Part shown: piece by piece, positions 14,601-27,270 of the stretch | Numbering within the stretch: position 1 is the first letter of the stretch | How the letters are laid out: every line of letters starts with the position of its first letter | Notes under the pieces: model-generated | The model's input: the letters and a program-made list of their open reading frames with translations, nothing else | Databases searched by the model: none | What the model was told of the DNA's origin: nothing | Program-made: the position numbers and the translations under genes | Source of the DNA: Octopus bimaculoides | Taxonomy: Eukaryota | Assembly (NCBI RefSeq): GCF_001194135.2 | Contig: NC_068981.1 | Location: forward strand, 78,278,045-78,342,044 | Direction of reading: 5' to 3' | DNA: 64,000 bases

Positions 14601-15313
14601 TTTGTGTAGGAAGCAGTCATTGTTCTTCTTCTTCTCTATTTATTTAATTTCTCAGTCAACATTAAATATTCCTAGTCAATACAGATCTTTTATAGACAAG
14701 CTTAGTATAGAAAGACATTTATTTTCTCCTGCATCTTTTCAAGTACTTCTAAAGTAGCTGATGTTACTATAGTTGATAAACATAATTTCCTATATTCACT
14801 CCTCCTATAAATCTCTGGTTACATGTTTGTGTAGGAAACAGTTATTGAACACTATAAATTAAAGAGAAGCTACACACATATACATCAAGTCTATAAGCTA
14901 GTGTTAATCCTTGATTATAAACTCTATCTATAATTTCTCTTCTGTTATGAATGTCTATATAGACATTAAAAAAAACTTATCGTTCCATTGTTTATATCAT
15001 ACACATTTTGAGCACATAGACATGGATGGTGGTGTATAGACTAGATGATACTTTTTGCTATTTAATTTGTGACCTCCTATGTCCAAGTTCAAATCTAACC
15101 TGAATAAACTTTGTTTCTTTTTGTTTCTTTAAGGTTGATAAAATGCATTATAAGTAATGTTTTGGCAGTTGATTCAGTAGACTACTCTTCTCTTTGACAG
15201 TTGTTTTACTGCCTAATCAGAAGAAATTAATGTTATTAGTATGTTAGAAACATTCAAGTGTATGAATCAGTAAATAAATATTGATTGACAATTGTTGAAA
15301 TATTTCAGTTCAT

Positions 15314-15526
15314 TTAACCTTTTCAATATTAACTTGCCTATGGTTTTGTGATACAAACTTCATGTCTTAAAGTGATTTAATTAAAGTCCTCCTTCAAAAT
15401 ATGTTAATTTATGTTCCAGACAAAGCTTTATAATGACAGTTATTTTAGTAAATTCTTTATTCTTTAAAAGATTAATTGAAACAAAAGCACTGTATTTCAA
15501 CAGAAATATGGTAACAAAATGGTTAA
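15314..15526. mobile_element. piggyBac-like MITE, different family
   Basis: TTAA|CCTTTTCAATA ... GGTAACAAAATGG|TTAA; degenerate TIRs. Confidence 0.45.
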
Positions 15527-16423
15527 TGCCTCTAATATCTGTGAGAAACAGACATATATGACAAATAGTTTAATTCTCCTAGCCACTAAATCCAGAGCAT
15601 AGGTCACATTTTGGTGTTTTGTTACAGTGGTTTCTCTTGTGTTGTTGATGCCCTTTGCTCTTTTATTTTTTATTCATTTATTTTCATTTTGGTAAATGCA
15701 TAAACATAGCAGCTTAGCCCTTGTCCTCTCTCATTAATTTGAAACCATCAAACTACTTAAACAATACCATTACTTGTTTATGTGATGAAGTATTAATTAT
15801 CAGCTGGTCAAATTTCTGGGCCTTGTTCTCTTTCTGAATTGAACTGCTTTATTAATATCATTAATGCCTCTAGGAAGGGCATTAAGGTCATAATATCTCG
15901 TTTTTCTCCTCTGTTGTTCATTGTGATGTAAATGTAATTGTGTTTCACTTCCCAACCACATGATTACAGGTTCAGTCCCATTACATGGCACCTTAATCAA
16001 ATGTCTCCTAATATAGTACTAGGCCAATAAAAGCTATGTGAGTGGATTTAGTTGATGGAAACTGAAAGAAGCTCATCATATGTATTTGTGTGTGTGTGTG
16101 TGCATATCTGTGTGTATTCATGGCTGTGTGAGTGTTTATGACTCTGTCATGCAAACAGTGTCCCTTGTTCAATTTCTGCTGTGAAAACATTCCAGACTAT
16201 GAAGAAATATTACCTTTCTTGAAAATAGTTGAGAGTTGGTGATAGGAAGGGTTTCCAGCCATAGAAAATCTTCTGTAATAAATTCTTTATGACATCTTCA
16301 AGCATCCCAAAGTAGTTGTTAAAACAGTATTTAATACAATATAACTACAAAATGAATTTACTACAATATTAATGGCATGGTTATGATTTCAACCCATGCT
16401 AGCATGGAAAGCGGACGTTAAAC

Positions 16424-16459
<36 letters not shown>

Positions 16460-18055
16460 CTCACTTGTCTTGTGATTGTTGTTGTTGACTGGAGAAAGTG
16501 TGATGTAGTCGCAATGCTACCCCAAATCTACCCTGATTATGCAAACCTATGATCAAATGCATTCTAGACATGATCACTCCATCATTTCTTTCAGACAAAT
16601 CCAGTGTGGCCTTCCCTTCCATTTTTTTTTGTTTTATATGAGGTTTGATTTGAAAGATATGTGGCTGTTTTTCCAGGCATGTGGAATAATTGTGTAGAGC
16701 ACACTTCATTGGCTCATTGTCTTACAGTTAAGTTGCTAGCTGTAGGAATGACAATCTCTGAGAGATCGTTGGTCTGAGAACAAATGTCCAGATTTAGCAG
16801 ATGAAGAACCCCAACAATACACACATTATTGTAAGTAAGAAGGATGTTTGCAGTGGTATAAAAATAATTGTTTGTTATTATATTTGCTTAATAATTACTA
16901 TTAAGAAAATGAAACAAAGCTACAAAAATGGTAAAAAGTTAAATTAAAAGTTGTATTTTTTTTTTTTCTTTAGTATTTTGGTTTCCATTTCTTTATGTTC
17001 AGGGTTCAGATCCTGTTAAAGTTGACTCTACCCTTCATGCCTCAAGCCCGAGTCAGTAATATAAATACCAGCAATTAAACTTAGTATAAAAATTTCTGAT
17101 ATTCTACCAATTTTAATAACCAATATTTGTCTTTGTCATTTATAGAAAACTTTAGCAGCACATAAGCTAGTTTAAAACAATTTTTGAAAGCTCACAGTCC
17201 AAATTGAGTGCTTTTTTCATTTTCCTGATCAAGTAACTCTCATTTGCTGAGGGCTTCAGACTTAATTATAAGAAATTATTACTGTCTTCCTTCTTTGTCT
17301 TTTGTTGCTTCATCTGGTATTAATTTCTAAATGAATGAAGCCCATTGCCAAATGTTGTTTCCTTAGTAGAAATTACTATGCTAATACCTTTGGGAAAAAG
17401 TGCAGACAAAACAATTTCCAATATCCTGTCTGCTATATAAGTTAGAAACCTTACACTTAATGACATAATCAAGAAACTTTTATTTTTCTTTAGCAATTGG
17501 AACTAAATTTAAGTAAAAAGAGACAAAACAACAGTGTGACTGTAGGTTTGACTCAGCTTTTGAATTATTCGACTATATAGATTTTGACAAAAACTTTTTC
17601 GCTTGCTACCCAGTGGAAGAAGTACTTTTATTGACTATTCATAGCCACTGTTGTTTTGATTAATGAAAATAATCCTAGCACCTATGGTTAATTTGATTAC
17701 ATCTTACATATTTGTAGGTAGATAGATGGATTTTAATACTGTTATTTTTAATGTTTGAAATAAATAATTGCTTAAGTAGGGTTATTTAATGTAGGAAACT
17801 ATTAATATTTCACTATGATTATAATTATTGTTAGTAGTAAGGTGATGAGCTGGAAAAATTGTTAGCATATTGAACAAAATGCTTAATAACATTTTGTTTA
17901 ATTTTTCATTCAGAGATCAAATTCTTTTGCTAAGGTCTACTTTACCTTTCATCCTTTCGGGATCAATAAAATAAGTACCTGTCAAATACTGGGGTTGATG
18001 AGATTGACCAGCTCCCTTCCCCCAAAATTCAGGCCTTGTGCCTATAGTAGAAAGG

Positions 18056-18105
<50 letters not shown>

Positions 18106-19047
18106 TAGTTAGTAGTAGGAGGAATGAGTAGAAGAGGTACTTCTAGTACAGAATAAAAGAGGTTACCAAAAGTCTGGAACACTTTTCGAGCAAGAAAATT
18201 TTCATCTGTAGTAAGAGTTAATTACTGGTAATTAACTAACCAACCTCCCTTCAAAAATTGATGGCCTTGTGGCTAAATTAGAAACAGCTGTTTTTGTTGT
18301 TATGGTTGTTACTATGATTATTATCACCATAACCTCTAACAAAGAATAGAAATTAAGAAAGACCTGTCGACTAATTACCAAGATGGTAACATATTCGCAT
18401 TAATTGTTACTAATTAAATATTCATTTCGAATTACAGAAAGCAATATAATGTTTGCCAACAATAAAAAAATAATGAAAGCCGGAGTGACAGTGACTTCTT
18501 AATACTTGAAATTGCTTCATTTATTCTGACACATCTTTTGTTATTGCATCTTGATTTCAGTTGGAAACCTACTTCAGCAAGTTTAGAAGATAGGAACTGG
18601 CAATGAAAAAATATGACACCTGCCATATATTACTTGTTGGCTAGCCAGCAAAACCACTCTATCTTGAATATCAGTCTGTCTGAATGTATGTCTCTCTTTG
18701 TTTCCGGCAGTCTTTTTATCTGTCTAGTCATTTCTCTCTCCCACTCTGTCTACCATATTTCAAATTAAATTTAATTCATGTTGCTAATGGTATTATTTAT
18801 GTTCATGTCATTTGTCTTGTTCTACTATCTGAGTCTATAGCGGTATGGAAAGATGACAATGGTTAAGAATTTCACTTTGCAGTGACATGGTTTTAGGTTC
18901 CATCCTAATGCATGGCAGTTTGGTTGAATATCTTCTGCTGTAGCCATGAGTTGCCCAATCATTTGACAGTGAAATTTGGTGGAAAGGAAATGTACAGGAG
19001 ACCATTATGTGCATATATACATATGCACAAATACATGTGTGTGTGCG

Positions 19048-19082
<35 letters not shown>

Positions 19083-19299
19083 GTGTGTGTGTATTTATGT
19101 ATGTATCTACACACATGCAAGTACACACATAAATATGTATACACATACACATGTGTGTGTTATCAGAACATTTCGAAAGTGCACGTGCTGTGATTGTACT
19201 GAACAATGAAAATGCATGTGGTGTTGATGATCATTTGTTGCAAGCCTTGTGACTCATCGTACAAATAGGCTTTATACTATCATTCATGTTCAACTATCA

Positions 19300-19810
19300 C
19301 GCAAGATTTTATATGATTGTGTTAGAATGGCTCTGCAATTTTTATGAAGGTGGACAAATCAGAGCAATGTGCCTGCATCAAATTTTGCACAATGTTCTAT
19401 TAATCTGCTGCTGAAACCCCTGAAACACTTCATAAGGCATTTGCTTGAACTTTCTTTTAATCAAAGACTTATTTTTGGTGGGTGGAAGGGGGAGGGCATT
19501 CTCATTTTAAAGCTAATACAGTGTTTGTTCAAAAGTATGAGAATTCATGGTGATCAGCTGCTTGCAAAAGCTTGTGAACTAATATATGGTGACTGCCAGT
19601 GAGTGATCCATCAGCTCTCTCTCTACCTCACTCACACACACAACTAGAATCAGTTATGGAGTCTTCCAAGAGAGTTTGACAGAAAACCTTCACAAGCTCA
19701 TGTTGTTGAGAATGTTGCCCTTATGTTCCCAAGGGGACTATCTTAAAGAGAATATTACCCAAATATAAATAATATGTGAAATAATTTTTTTTACTGAACT
19801 ACTTATGTAG
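19300..19810 (+). mobile_element. Mariner transposase remnant
   Basis: EQCACIKFC...AETPETLHKAF resembles a mariner N-terminus; GDYLKEN resembles the mariner C-terminal GDYFE motif. Confidence 0.55.
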
Positions 19811-19879
19811 CCTTTTTTTAAAGACCTGATTCATGAACATTTTGATACCATCATATGTCTATATTTTAGGGTAAACACT

Positions 19880-20800
19880 TGTGTGTTGAGAATGCTTTTA
19901 TACTCCATCTCCGAATATAGAAATCAGTGTTTCATCAGGTGATGAAGCAGCTCTGTAGGTTTTTGGGCCCCTGCCACCTTGACGCCAGAACTGCACAGGG
20001 TCAATATAGGCAACATAATTCCCACACAACAGCACAAACTTTGTCAAGTCAGTTGTTGTAATTTTGGACTACATGTTTCTACCATCCTCAGAGCTTGTTA
20101 TTATTGCAGCACTCATCCTCTTTCTTGAACCAAATGTACTGGCTTGCTTTCTCAGCGGCTTCTGACAATTTTCTGACATCATTTGTTTCCTTCACAGCTA
20201 GCCCAAGACTCCTTAGCATTGAGTGAACCCTGGTTCCAACAAATTGCATAATCTATATCTTATAGCTTGACTCAGAATTGTACAACTAGAAGTTTCACAA
20301 GCACAAAAAAAGGATCATTTGGATGCTTAATTCTGAGTGGTGAAGCATTCACAACTTTCAAATAAGGCTGATTCTCATTGGCTGACTTGGGTCTCACAGT
20401 GAAATTAGTATATTGGTGGCTACTAACTGCAACTGAATGGATGTCAAATCTAGCATTATGAACGGAAGCAATCTTGCTTGCTTTGGTTAGGAATTCCTGT
20501 AAAATTAGAAAATTCCTGTTAAGTTTATGGAATAGTATTAACAGCTAATGGCTTGCTGTTAGCCGCCAAAAAGTGCTGTTGGTGACAGTAAGATGACAGT
20601 TTTCTTCAGTTTGCTTGTTAAGGAATATGGCTGGCCATTGCAATATTCAGAGTAAAATTTATAGAATAGAGTTAACAGCTAATGGCTTAGAATTTAACAA
20701 ACAGAGTTTCTGCAGCTGTGTAACTTCAGATAATGCAATTCTGAATCATGCTGTAGATACAAGTATTTATACAAGTATTTGACTCCCATGTTGAGTGCTC
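19880..20800 (-). mobile_element. RLE-clade (NeSL/Hero-like) non-LTR retrotransposon 3' remnant
   Basis: Minus frames give YLQHDSELHYL (cf. YTWRHDSVL) and QFVGTRVHSMLRSLGLAVKETNDVRKLSEAAEKASQYIWFKKED...* (cf. LSEAAERSS.WLW.KR). Confidence 0.5.
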
Positions 20801-20882
20801 TTTTCTTTCATTTGTATACTTAAGTATGTGTGTGTGTATGTATGTATATATGTATGTGTGCCTGTGTAAGTCTGTATGTATA

Positions 20883-20959
<77 letters not shown>

Positions 20960-21327
20960 CTCTTTTACTCTTTTACTTGTTTCAGTCTTTTGACTGTGGC
21001 CATGCTGGAGCACCGCCTTTAGTCGAGCAAATCGACCCCAGGACTTATTCTTTGGAAGCCTAGTACTTATTCTTTTGGTCTCTTTTGCCGATCCACTAAG
21101 TTACAGGGACATAAACACACCAGCATCGGTTGTCAAGCGATGTTGGGGGGGACAAACACAGACATACAAACACATACACACATACATATATATATACATA
21201 TATACGACAGGCTTCTTTCAGTTTCCGTCTACCAAATCCACTCACAAGGCATTGGTCGGCCCGAGGCTATAGTAGAAGACACTTGCCCAAGATGCCACGC
21301 AGTGGGACTGAACCCGGGACCATGTGG
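20960..21327 (-). mobile_element. SINE with internal microsatellite and (TAAAAGAG)n tail, little diverged, 5' truncated
   Basis: Tail CTCTTTTACTCTTTTACTTG at 20960, CpG-rich body, internal (CA)/(TA) tract, B-box-like GGTTCAGTCCC on the minus strand near 21305-21315. Relatives at 12691-13083 (+), 35848-36245 (-), 36740-37045 (-), 38919-39706 (+, gapped), 49390-49540 (-). Confidence 0.8.
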
Positions 21328-22319
21328 TACTCATATTATTGTGCATGTCCAGAGATAACAAGAAAATTGGAGTAATGATTTGTGAAGTTTTAACTTTTAA
21401 AACATATCACTTTACTTTTAGTATTGTATATTCATATTTTCTATTTGTCTATATTAATATGTATCAGATAGTCTAATTCTCTTTCTCTCTTTCTCCATAC
21501 ATACTTACATGCTTGCAGACACACACACACACCCACACACATTAATAGAACCTTCACTAATCCAGCAAACTTGAGACCAGACAGGGATCAGAATAGAAGA
21601 TTTTCTAAACTAGTTGAGCTTCAAGTAAAAGAAAAAAATGGTAAAACAATGTCTACATTGTATTATTGATGCTGATACAACTTACATAGGAATAAACCTA
21701 ACTCATGTTTACCTAACTCCAAGCACTAGTCTTGTACTGTGATATAAAAATAAGTAGATTAGTAGAAAATGCGAAAACAAATTGGTCTACTGATAATCAT
21801 AAAACATTACCCAAAAGTTATGAATAAAAAAGCTGTCTTTTTTTTTTTACCTTAACTTTTGCTGCAAATCCACTTCCAGAATATATTTATCTTTCTATAT
21901 GCAGTCTAAATAAAAATTGGGTATTATCTTTTTATGATTTTTGTTTTGTTTTTTTCTAATAACCTTCTTTCTTCTGGTGTCAGCAAAAAATGTTATTTTC
22001 TCTATTTCTTAATATCATACACTGTTGATGAACTTGAACTATATCCTGCACATAAGGTCTCATTGGTATGCTACATCAGTTTTTTCCCAAACATGTTTAG
22101 ATTTTGCTACATTGCTTCTGCTGGGATTACTATCTTATCTTTTAGGAGGCATATTTATGCATAAAAAATAGCAATAAAAATGAATATTATTCCTACCTGT
22201 ACAACATCAACTGCCTTGATTAGCTATCACAGACATAAAGAATTAGATGTGTTACATTTGACCAACAGTCAGATATACACACATACATATATATGTAGTC
22301 ATGAAAACTAATGGCCTCT

Positions 22320-22620
22320 AGATTCACATCACCATCAGCCTCATCAATCAAGTCTTGATATTTGGTTAACTTCAGTTGGTGAGAAATATTATGTCTGTTC
22401 TCTCAGGTTACAGTGAATTCAGCCACATTGATTGTTTTTGCATTTCTGAATTGCTGAGATGTCTGGTTAGTGTGATATTATTGTCACATCCTCCAGAAAG
22501 CTGAGACTACTCTGCAGGTCTGCTTGCATTTCTGTCTGAGGCAAAATAGAAAATGAGTCTCTTAACAGTTCCTTTCACCTTAGCCATCTTGTCACTTTCC
22601 CTTAAATTGAAAAACAAAGC
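22320..22620 (-). mobile_element. RLE-type endonuclease remnant
   Basis: PDISAIQK...NVAEFTVT*ENRHNISHQLKLTKYQDLIDE resembles the PD-(D/E)xK motif PDI...ELTVPWE...AH..K..KY.DL; frameshifted. Confidence 0.45.
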
Positions 22621-23329
22621 TTCCAACCATACAAAATCTCATCCAAACCATACCAGGCCAGTATAGATAGACAGACTTTAAAAAACTGAAATGATATTCT
22701 TATAATATGAAATAAATTTTGACATTAAATTTAGTTTTAAGATCCTGAACTGTGTGACTTTTATACATGCTATTATTATTTAGTTCCTTCACGTCAGCGT
22801 TGTTTGAATAGAATTAGGATCAAAAGCACTCAGACTTGACCAAAATCTGGGGGGTTTTTTCTTATTTTTTCATGACCTTTGTAAGTCCTCCTGAATTGAT
22901 ATATGTATGCATGTGTGTATGTGTGGGGTCAATTCATATATTTGTTCAAACTTCCAAAGTTGAGACTTGAATAGTCTCATGATAGTTGTAGACCATACTA
23001 TATGGTTCCAACCAAATCATAACTGAACACATATAAACTACAACAAAAAGCAATAAATATTTTTAAAATTCCTGTTAAATCAGGTACTCAAGAAGAATTT
23101 CTATAAAAAAGGAATAAATGTACTTTAATTGACTTTTATTGGTGTTACATTTTTTCTCATAAAATAAAATTATTGTTAATTTCGCATTTAATGCAAATGT
23201 TTATGAAAGAATGGCCATGACTTGTAACGCTTATAAGTTAAGTACATTTAGAATGTGTATCTCTTTTTCTCTCTCTTTTTCTCAACATATATATACACGT
23301 ATGTATTTGTGTGTGTGTGTGTGTGTGTG

Positions 23330-23370
<41 letters not shown>

Positions 23371-23430
23371 TTGTGTGTGTGTATATATATATGTATTTAT
23401 TTATATATATATGTATGTATGTATTTGTGT

Positions 23431-24070
23431 AACATTAGAAGCATCAGTTGTGGCGTGCAAGAGAGACGATTGCGCTGGTATGGACATGTGGTGAGAATGG
23501 AGGAGGATAGCTGCGTGAAAAAGTGCCACACCCTAACAGTTGAGGGAACCCGTGGAAGAGGTAGGCCCAGGAAGACCTGGGCTGAGGTGGTGAGGCAAGA
23601 CTTTCGTACATTGGGCCTCACCGAGGCGATGACTACTGACCGAGACCTTTGGAAATGTGCTGTGCGTGAGAAGACCCGGCAAGCCAAGTAAGATCGTTGC
23701 CAGTGCCCCTGGACTGGTTCTTGTGCGGGTGGCACATGAGATGCACCATTTTGAGCGTGGCCGTTGCCAGTACCGCCTGACTGGCTCCTGTAGGATTTTC
23801 GAGCGAGATCGTTGCCAGTGCCCCTGGACTGGNNNNNNNNNNGGCACATAAAAGACACCATTTCGAGCGTGGCCGTTTTCGTGCGGGTGACACGTAAAAG
23901 CACCCACTACACTCTCTGAGTGGTTGGCGTTAGGAAGGGCATCCAGCTGTAGAAACTCTGCCAAATCAGACTGGAGCCTGGTGTTGCCATCCGGTTTCAC
24001 CAGTCCTCAGTCAAATCGTCCAACCCATGCTAGCATGGAAAGCGGACGTTAAACGATGATGATGATGATG
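23431..24070 (+). mobile_element. RTE-clade LINE, 5'-truncated 3' end with 3' UTR and (GAT)n tail
   Basis: VQERRLRWYGHVVRMEEDSCVKKCHTLTVEGTRGRGRPRKTWAEVVRQD...DRDLWKCAVREKTRQAK* is a typical RTE ORF C-terminus. CpG-rich (young); ends CCCATGCTAGCATGGAAAGCGGACGTTAAACGATGATGATG. Confidence 0.88.
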
Positions 24071-24189
24071 TATGTATGTATTTGTATATACATATATATA
24101 TATATATTTGTATTTATATATGTGTGTGTGTATATTTGTATATATATATATATATAAATATATATAATCAAATTAAAACATAGGGTAAA

Positions 24190-24690
24190 AAATCAGATAT
24201 TAATTAATATCGATTTGTTACCAGGAAGCTAGCACATTGAAAGAATCCGAGAGATTCAGAACGAAGACATTTGATTTTTACCAGTTCCTTGAACACTTCC
24301 ACATCAACATCATTTACATCTCTAAGATTACCTGGAAGAATGTTGAACAATTGCAGGCCCTTGAAACCCAGACTATTGCAGTACTATGTCCTTATGGGGA
24401 AGATGGGATCTTTGGTATGATGTAGTGCTGTCCACTTTGAGGATTGATATAGCTGTCAATTCCCAAATTGGGAGCTAAACCCTCAAAGATAGCAACGCTG
24501 TATTCCGATTTTAGCCTGGGCCGATATTGGAGTGCCTGAAATTTTATAGCATTGAATTGCATGTTATATTTGTTAGCCCATTTGTAAATTTCATTCAGGT
24601 CTTTCTGAAGTTTTATGAGGCCCTCTGGGTTCCTAACTGCCTGTGATACTTTTGTGTCGTCAGCATAACTGGTCAGATTGGCTGACTGTA
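24190..24690 (-). mobile_element. CR1/Jockey-superfamily LINE fragment (RT domain plus C-terminus, internally deleted)
   Basis: SYADDTKVSQAVRNPEGLIKLQKDLNEIYKWANKYNMQFNAIKF; downstream on the minus strand YCNSLGFKGLQLFNILPGNLRDVNDVDVEVFK. Confidence 0.78.
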
Positions 24691-24695
24691 CTGTG

Positions 24696-24756
<61 letters not shown>

Positions 24757-26135
24757 ATACATCCTTTTGTTGTTTACACCACTTGTCCTTGTCTGTTGTT
24801 GTTTTTTTCATAAATTCTCCCATATATATATATATATATATTAGACAAAAATAGATAACAAAGCCAAGAGGTAGATAGAGTGAGAGGAAGAATCTACATT
24901 TTAGCTTTTGGATAATGTAAGGTGTATAGTCATATGGTGTCTAAAAATATTAGCAGTTTTACAAAAATGACTGCTAAAATAAGTACTAGGCCTAAAAAAT
25001 AAAGCACTGAGATTGATTTCAAGGCAGTGCCCCAGCGTGACCACAGTTCAGTGACTGAAACAAGTAAAAGATTACAAGAAAAAGATAAAAAACAGCCAGA
25101 TTAAGTCTACTGTCTAAGAGACCTCTACACAGTTGCCATGTGCTCAGTTTCACTCATAAGACTCTGGTCAGTCTGAGGCTCTGATAAAAGACACTTGTTC
25201 AAACTGTTGTACAATGTGAATGAACATAGAATCATGTAGTTGCAAACAGAACTGCTTAAGTTCTAACTGTACACCCACCACTATGTGCTTAATCAATTTT
25301 AAGAATTATGTTGTATGGCTGCAACATCACCCATTATCAAAACAAACTTTCTCTTATTCTCTAAGAATAGTTTCTGCGGGGGGGGTTTTCAAAAGAAAAA
25401 AACTAGAAGATAAAAAATTTGTATAATTTATTGCTGTTGTTTTAGGGGATTTTTAAGGAAAAGGAGATCATTGGAAAATACCAACAAAATAAAAACAAAA
25501 GAGAAATCTAACAATGCACCCTTCTCTTATCAGGTAATTCTTTTATCAGTGATAGCAGGAACATCCAGAATTAAGTAACATCAACTTTAGAAAGATTGTA
25601 TCAAAAACAAAAAGTATGTAAAAAAAAAATGAACAAAACTTCAAGAAAATAACATCATTGAAGACAAAATATGAAAGAAAAGATAAAGTACTCTTAAATT
25701 GGCAAAAAAGCAATTCTGAAAAAAATTAAGTTCCAAGGTCATAATTTTGGTCTTTTATTCTAATGATAATAATAACAGTAAATTCAGATTATCTCTAAGT
25801 TTTAGTGTATGGTTTTAAGGATGACTATATATACACAAAATATACAGAACAGTTAATGTTTATGTGGATGTCCCCCCCAACTCTCAAAATAGCTTACTCC
25901 CTCTTGTAGACAATCAGACACACACACACACATACTTGAGTCTCTCACATAGAAATTGTGTGCTCATGAAATGTACAAATGTATTTTCATTGATGTTTGC
26001 ACGGAATAATGCCCATACATCATTTGCAACATTTCCTATTATTACTACCCTGATCAGACAAATTAAGCTCCCAAAATACTTTATTCTCCATGCCAGTCTC
26101 CACCACATGAAGGAACTTTAGACAGGTTGAATGTG

Positions 26136-26176
<41 letters not shown>

Positions 26177-26279
26177 GCGTGCGTGTGTGCATGCGTATGT
26201 ACATGTATTTTTCTGTATTTCACCAGACAAAAATTATATGGAGGTAAGACAGTTTATTGAGATAGGAAAAAAATAATAA

Positions 26280-27075
26280 TGATGATCTCTGGTTTAGGTA
26301 CAAGGCCAATAATTTTGATGGGAGAGTATTAGTATGCACCATCAACCCTAGTATTTGAGTGGTACTTTATTTTATTAGTCCCAAAAGGATGAAAGGCAAA
26401 GCTGAACTTGGCAGAATCTGAACTCAGAACTTCAAGAGTCAGAACAAATATTGCAAAGCATTTTTTTTCCAATTCAGTAATGATTCTACCAGTTCAACAT
26501 CTTAAATTATTGTTTCTAACTTAGGCACAAGGCCAGCAATTTTGAGGAATGGAGCTAGTACTTAACTCACTCGTGCTTTATTTTATCAACTCTGGAAGGA
26601 TCAATGGCAAAGTTGGCCTCAGTTGCATTTAACTCAAAACATGAAGATTTAGAAGAAATACACAAAGTATTTTATCAAGTATCTTATCCAATGCTCTACC
26701 AGTACTACCAATCTACTACCTTAATAATCATTATTTCTAACATTGATGCTAGACCATAAATTATAAGAAAGATCTATGTATAGATAAGTGAATCAACCAA
26801 GTACATAACCAGTGTTAATTATATCTACCATCTCTTACATCCCTCTAGTAGTGTTATATACTACCAGAAAATGTGAGGTAATGCCAACCCTATCAGGATT
26901 TGAAACCATGGTGTATATTTCAAGATGTAGCTGAAAATGGCAATGCAGTTAATCATCCAAATACTGCACTGCTATTTTTGTCATTCATAGTTTTCAATAA
27001 CAATTGATCCTAATTTAGACCCAAGGCTATCAGTTTTGAGAGGACTGGGTTAGCCAATTGCATTGACCCCAGTAT
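26280..27075 (-). mobile_element. Chain of about four decayed (ATT)n-tailed SINE-like copies
   Basis: Repeated reverse-strand 3' ends (GCACAAGGCCAGCAATTTTGAGG-like) near 26300, 26525, 26745 and 27020, each followed by GGATGAAAGGCAAAG / GAACTCAGAAC-like body motifs. Confidence 0.6.
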
Positions 27076-27270
27076 TATTCAGAAACATATGGTTAGCCCA
27101 GTGTGTGTGTGTGTGTCACCCAGTTGAGGGCACCTCGAGGTTGAGAAACATCTAAATCAAATCCACATCTCTCAACATAGTGGCCTAATATTGTGATTTT
27201 GAAGTATAAACAATGAACGGTAAGTACATTCATGTCTCAGTTCATCTAACTGTCAGGGTCCAGTACCATT

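Noticed and set aside
18562-18686. Possible upstream sdk exon (strong acceptor, MTPAIYYLLASQQNHSILNISLSE, GTATGT donor in phase 1); other AG...GT pairs near 8970-9057 and 16746-16830
   Set aside because: No signal-peptide character or Sidekick similarity; such splice-like pairs are expected by chance. Needs RNA-seq.
19925-19950. TTCATCAGGTGATGAA (CTGATGA on the minus strand); similar isolated cores at 12415 and 37126
   Set aside because: No stem II + GAAA + stem I arrangement could be built.
23692-23880. Repeated blocks in the RTE 3' UTR around a 10-N gap
   Set aside because: Could be a real internal UTR repeat, but the gap makes an artefact equally likely.
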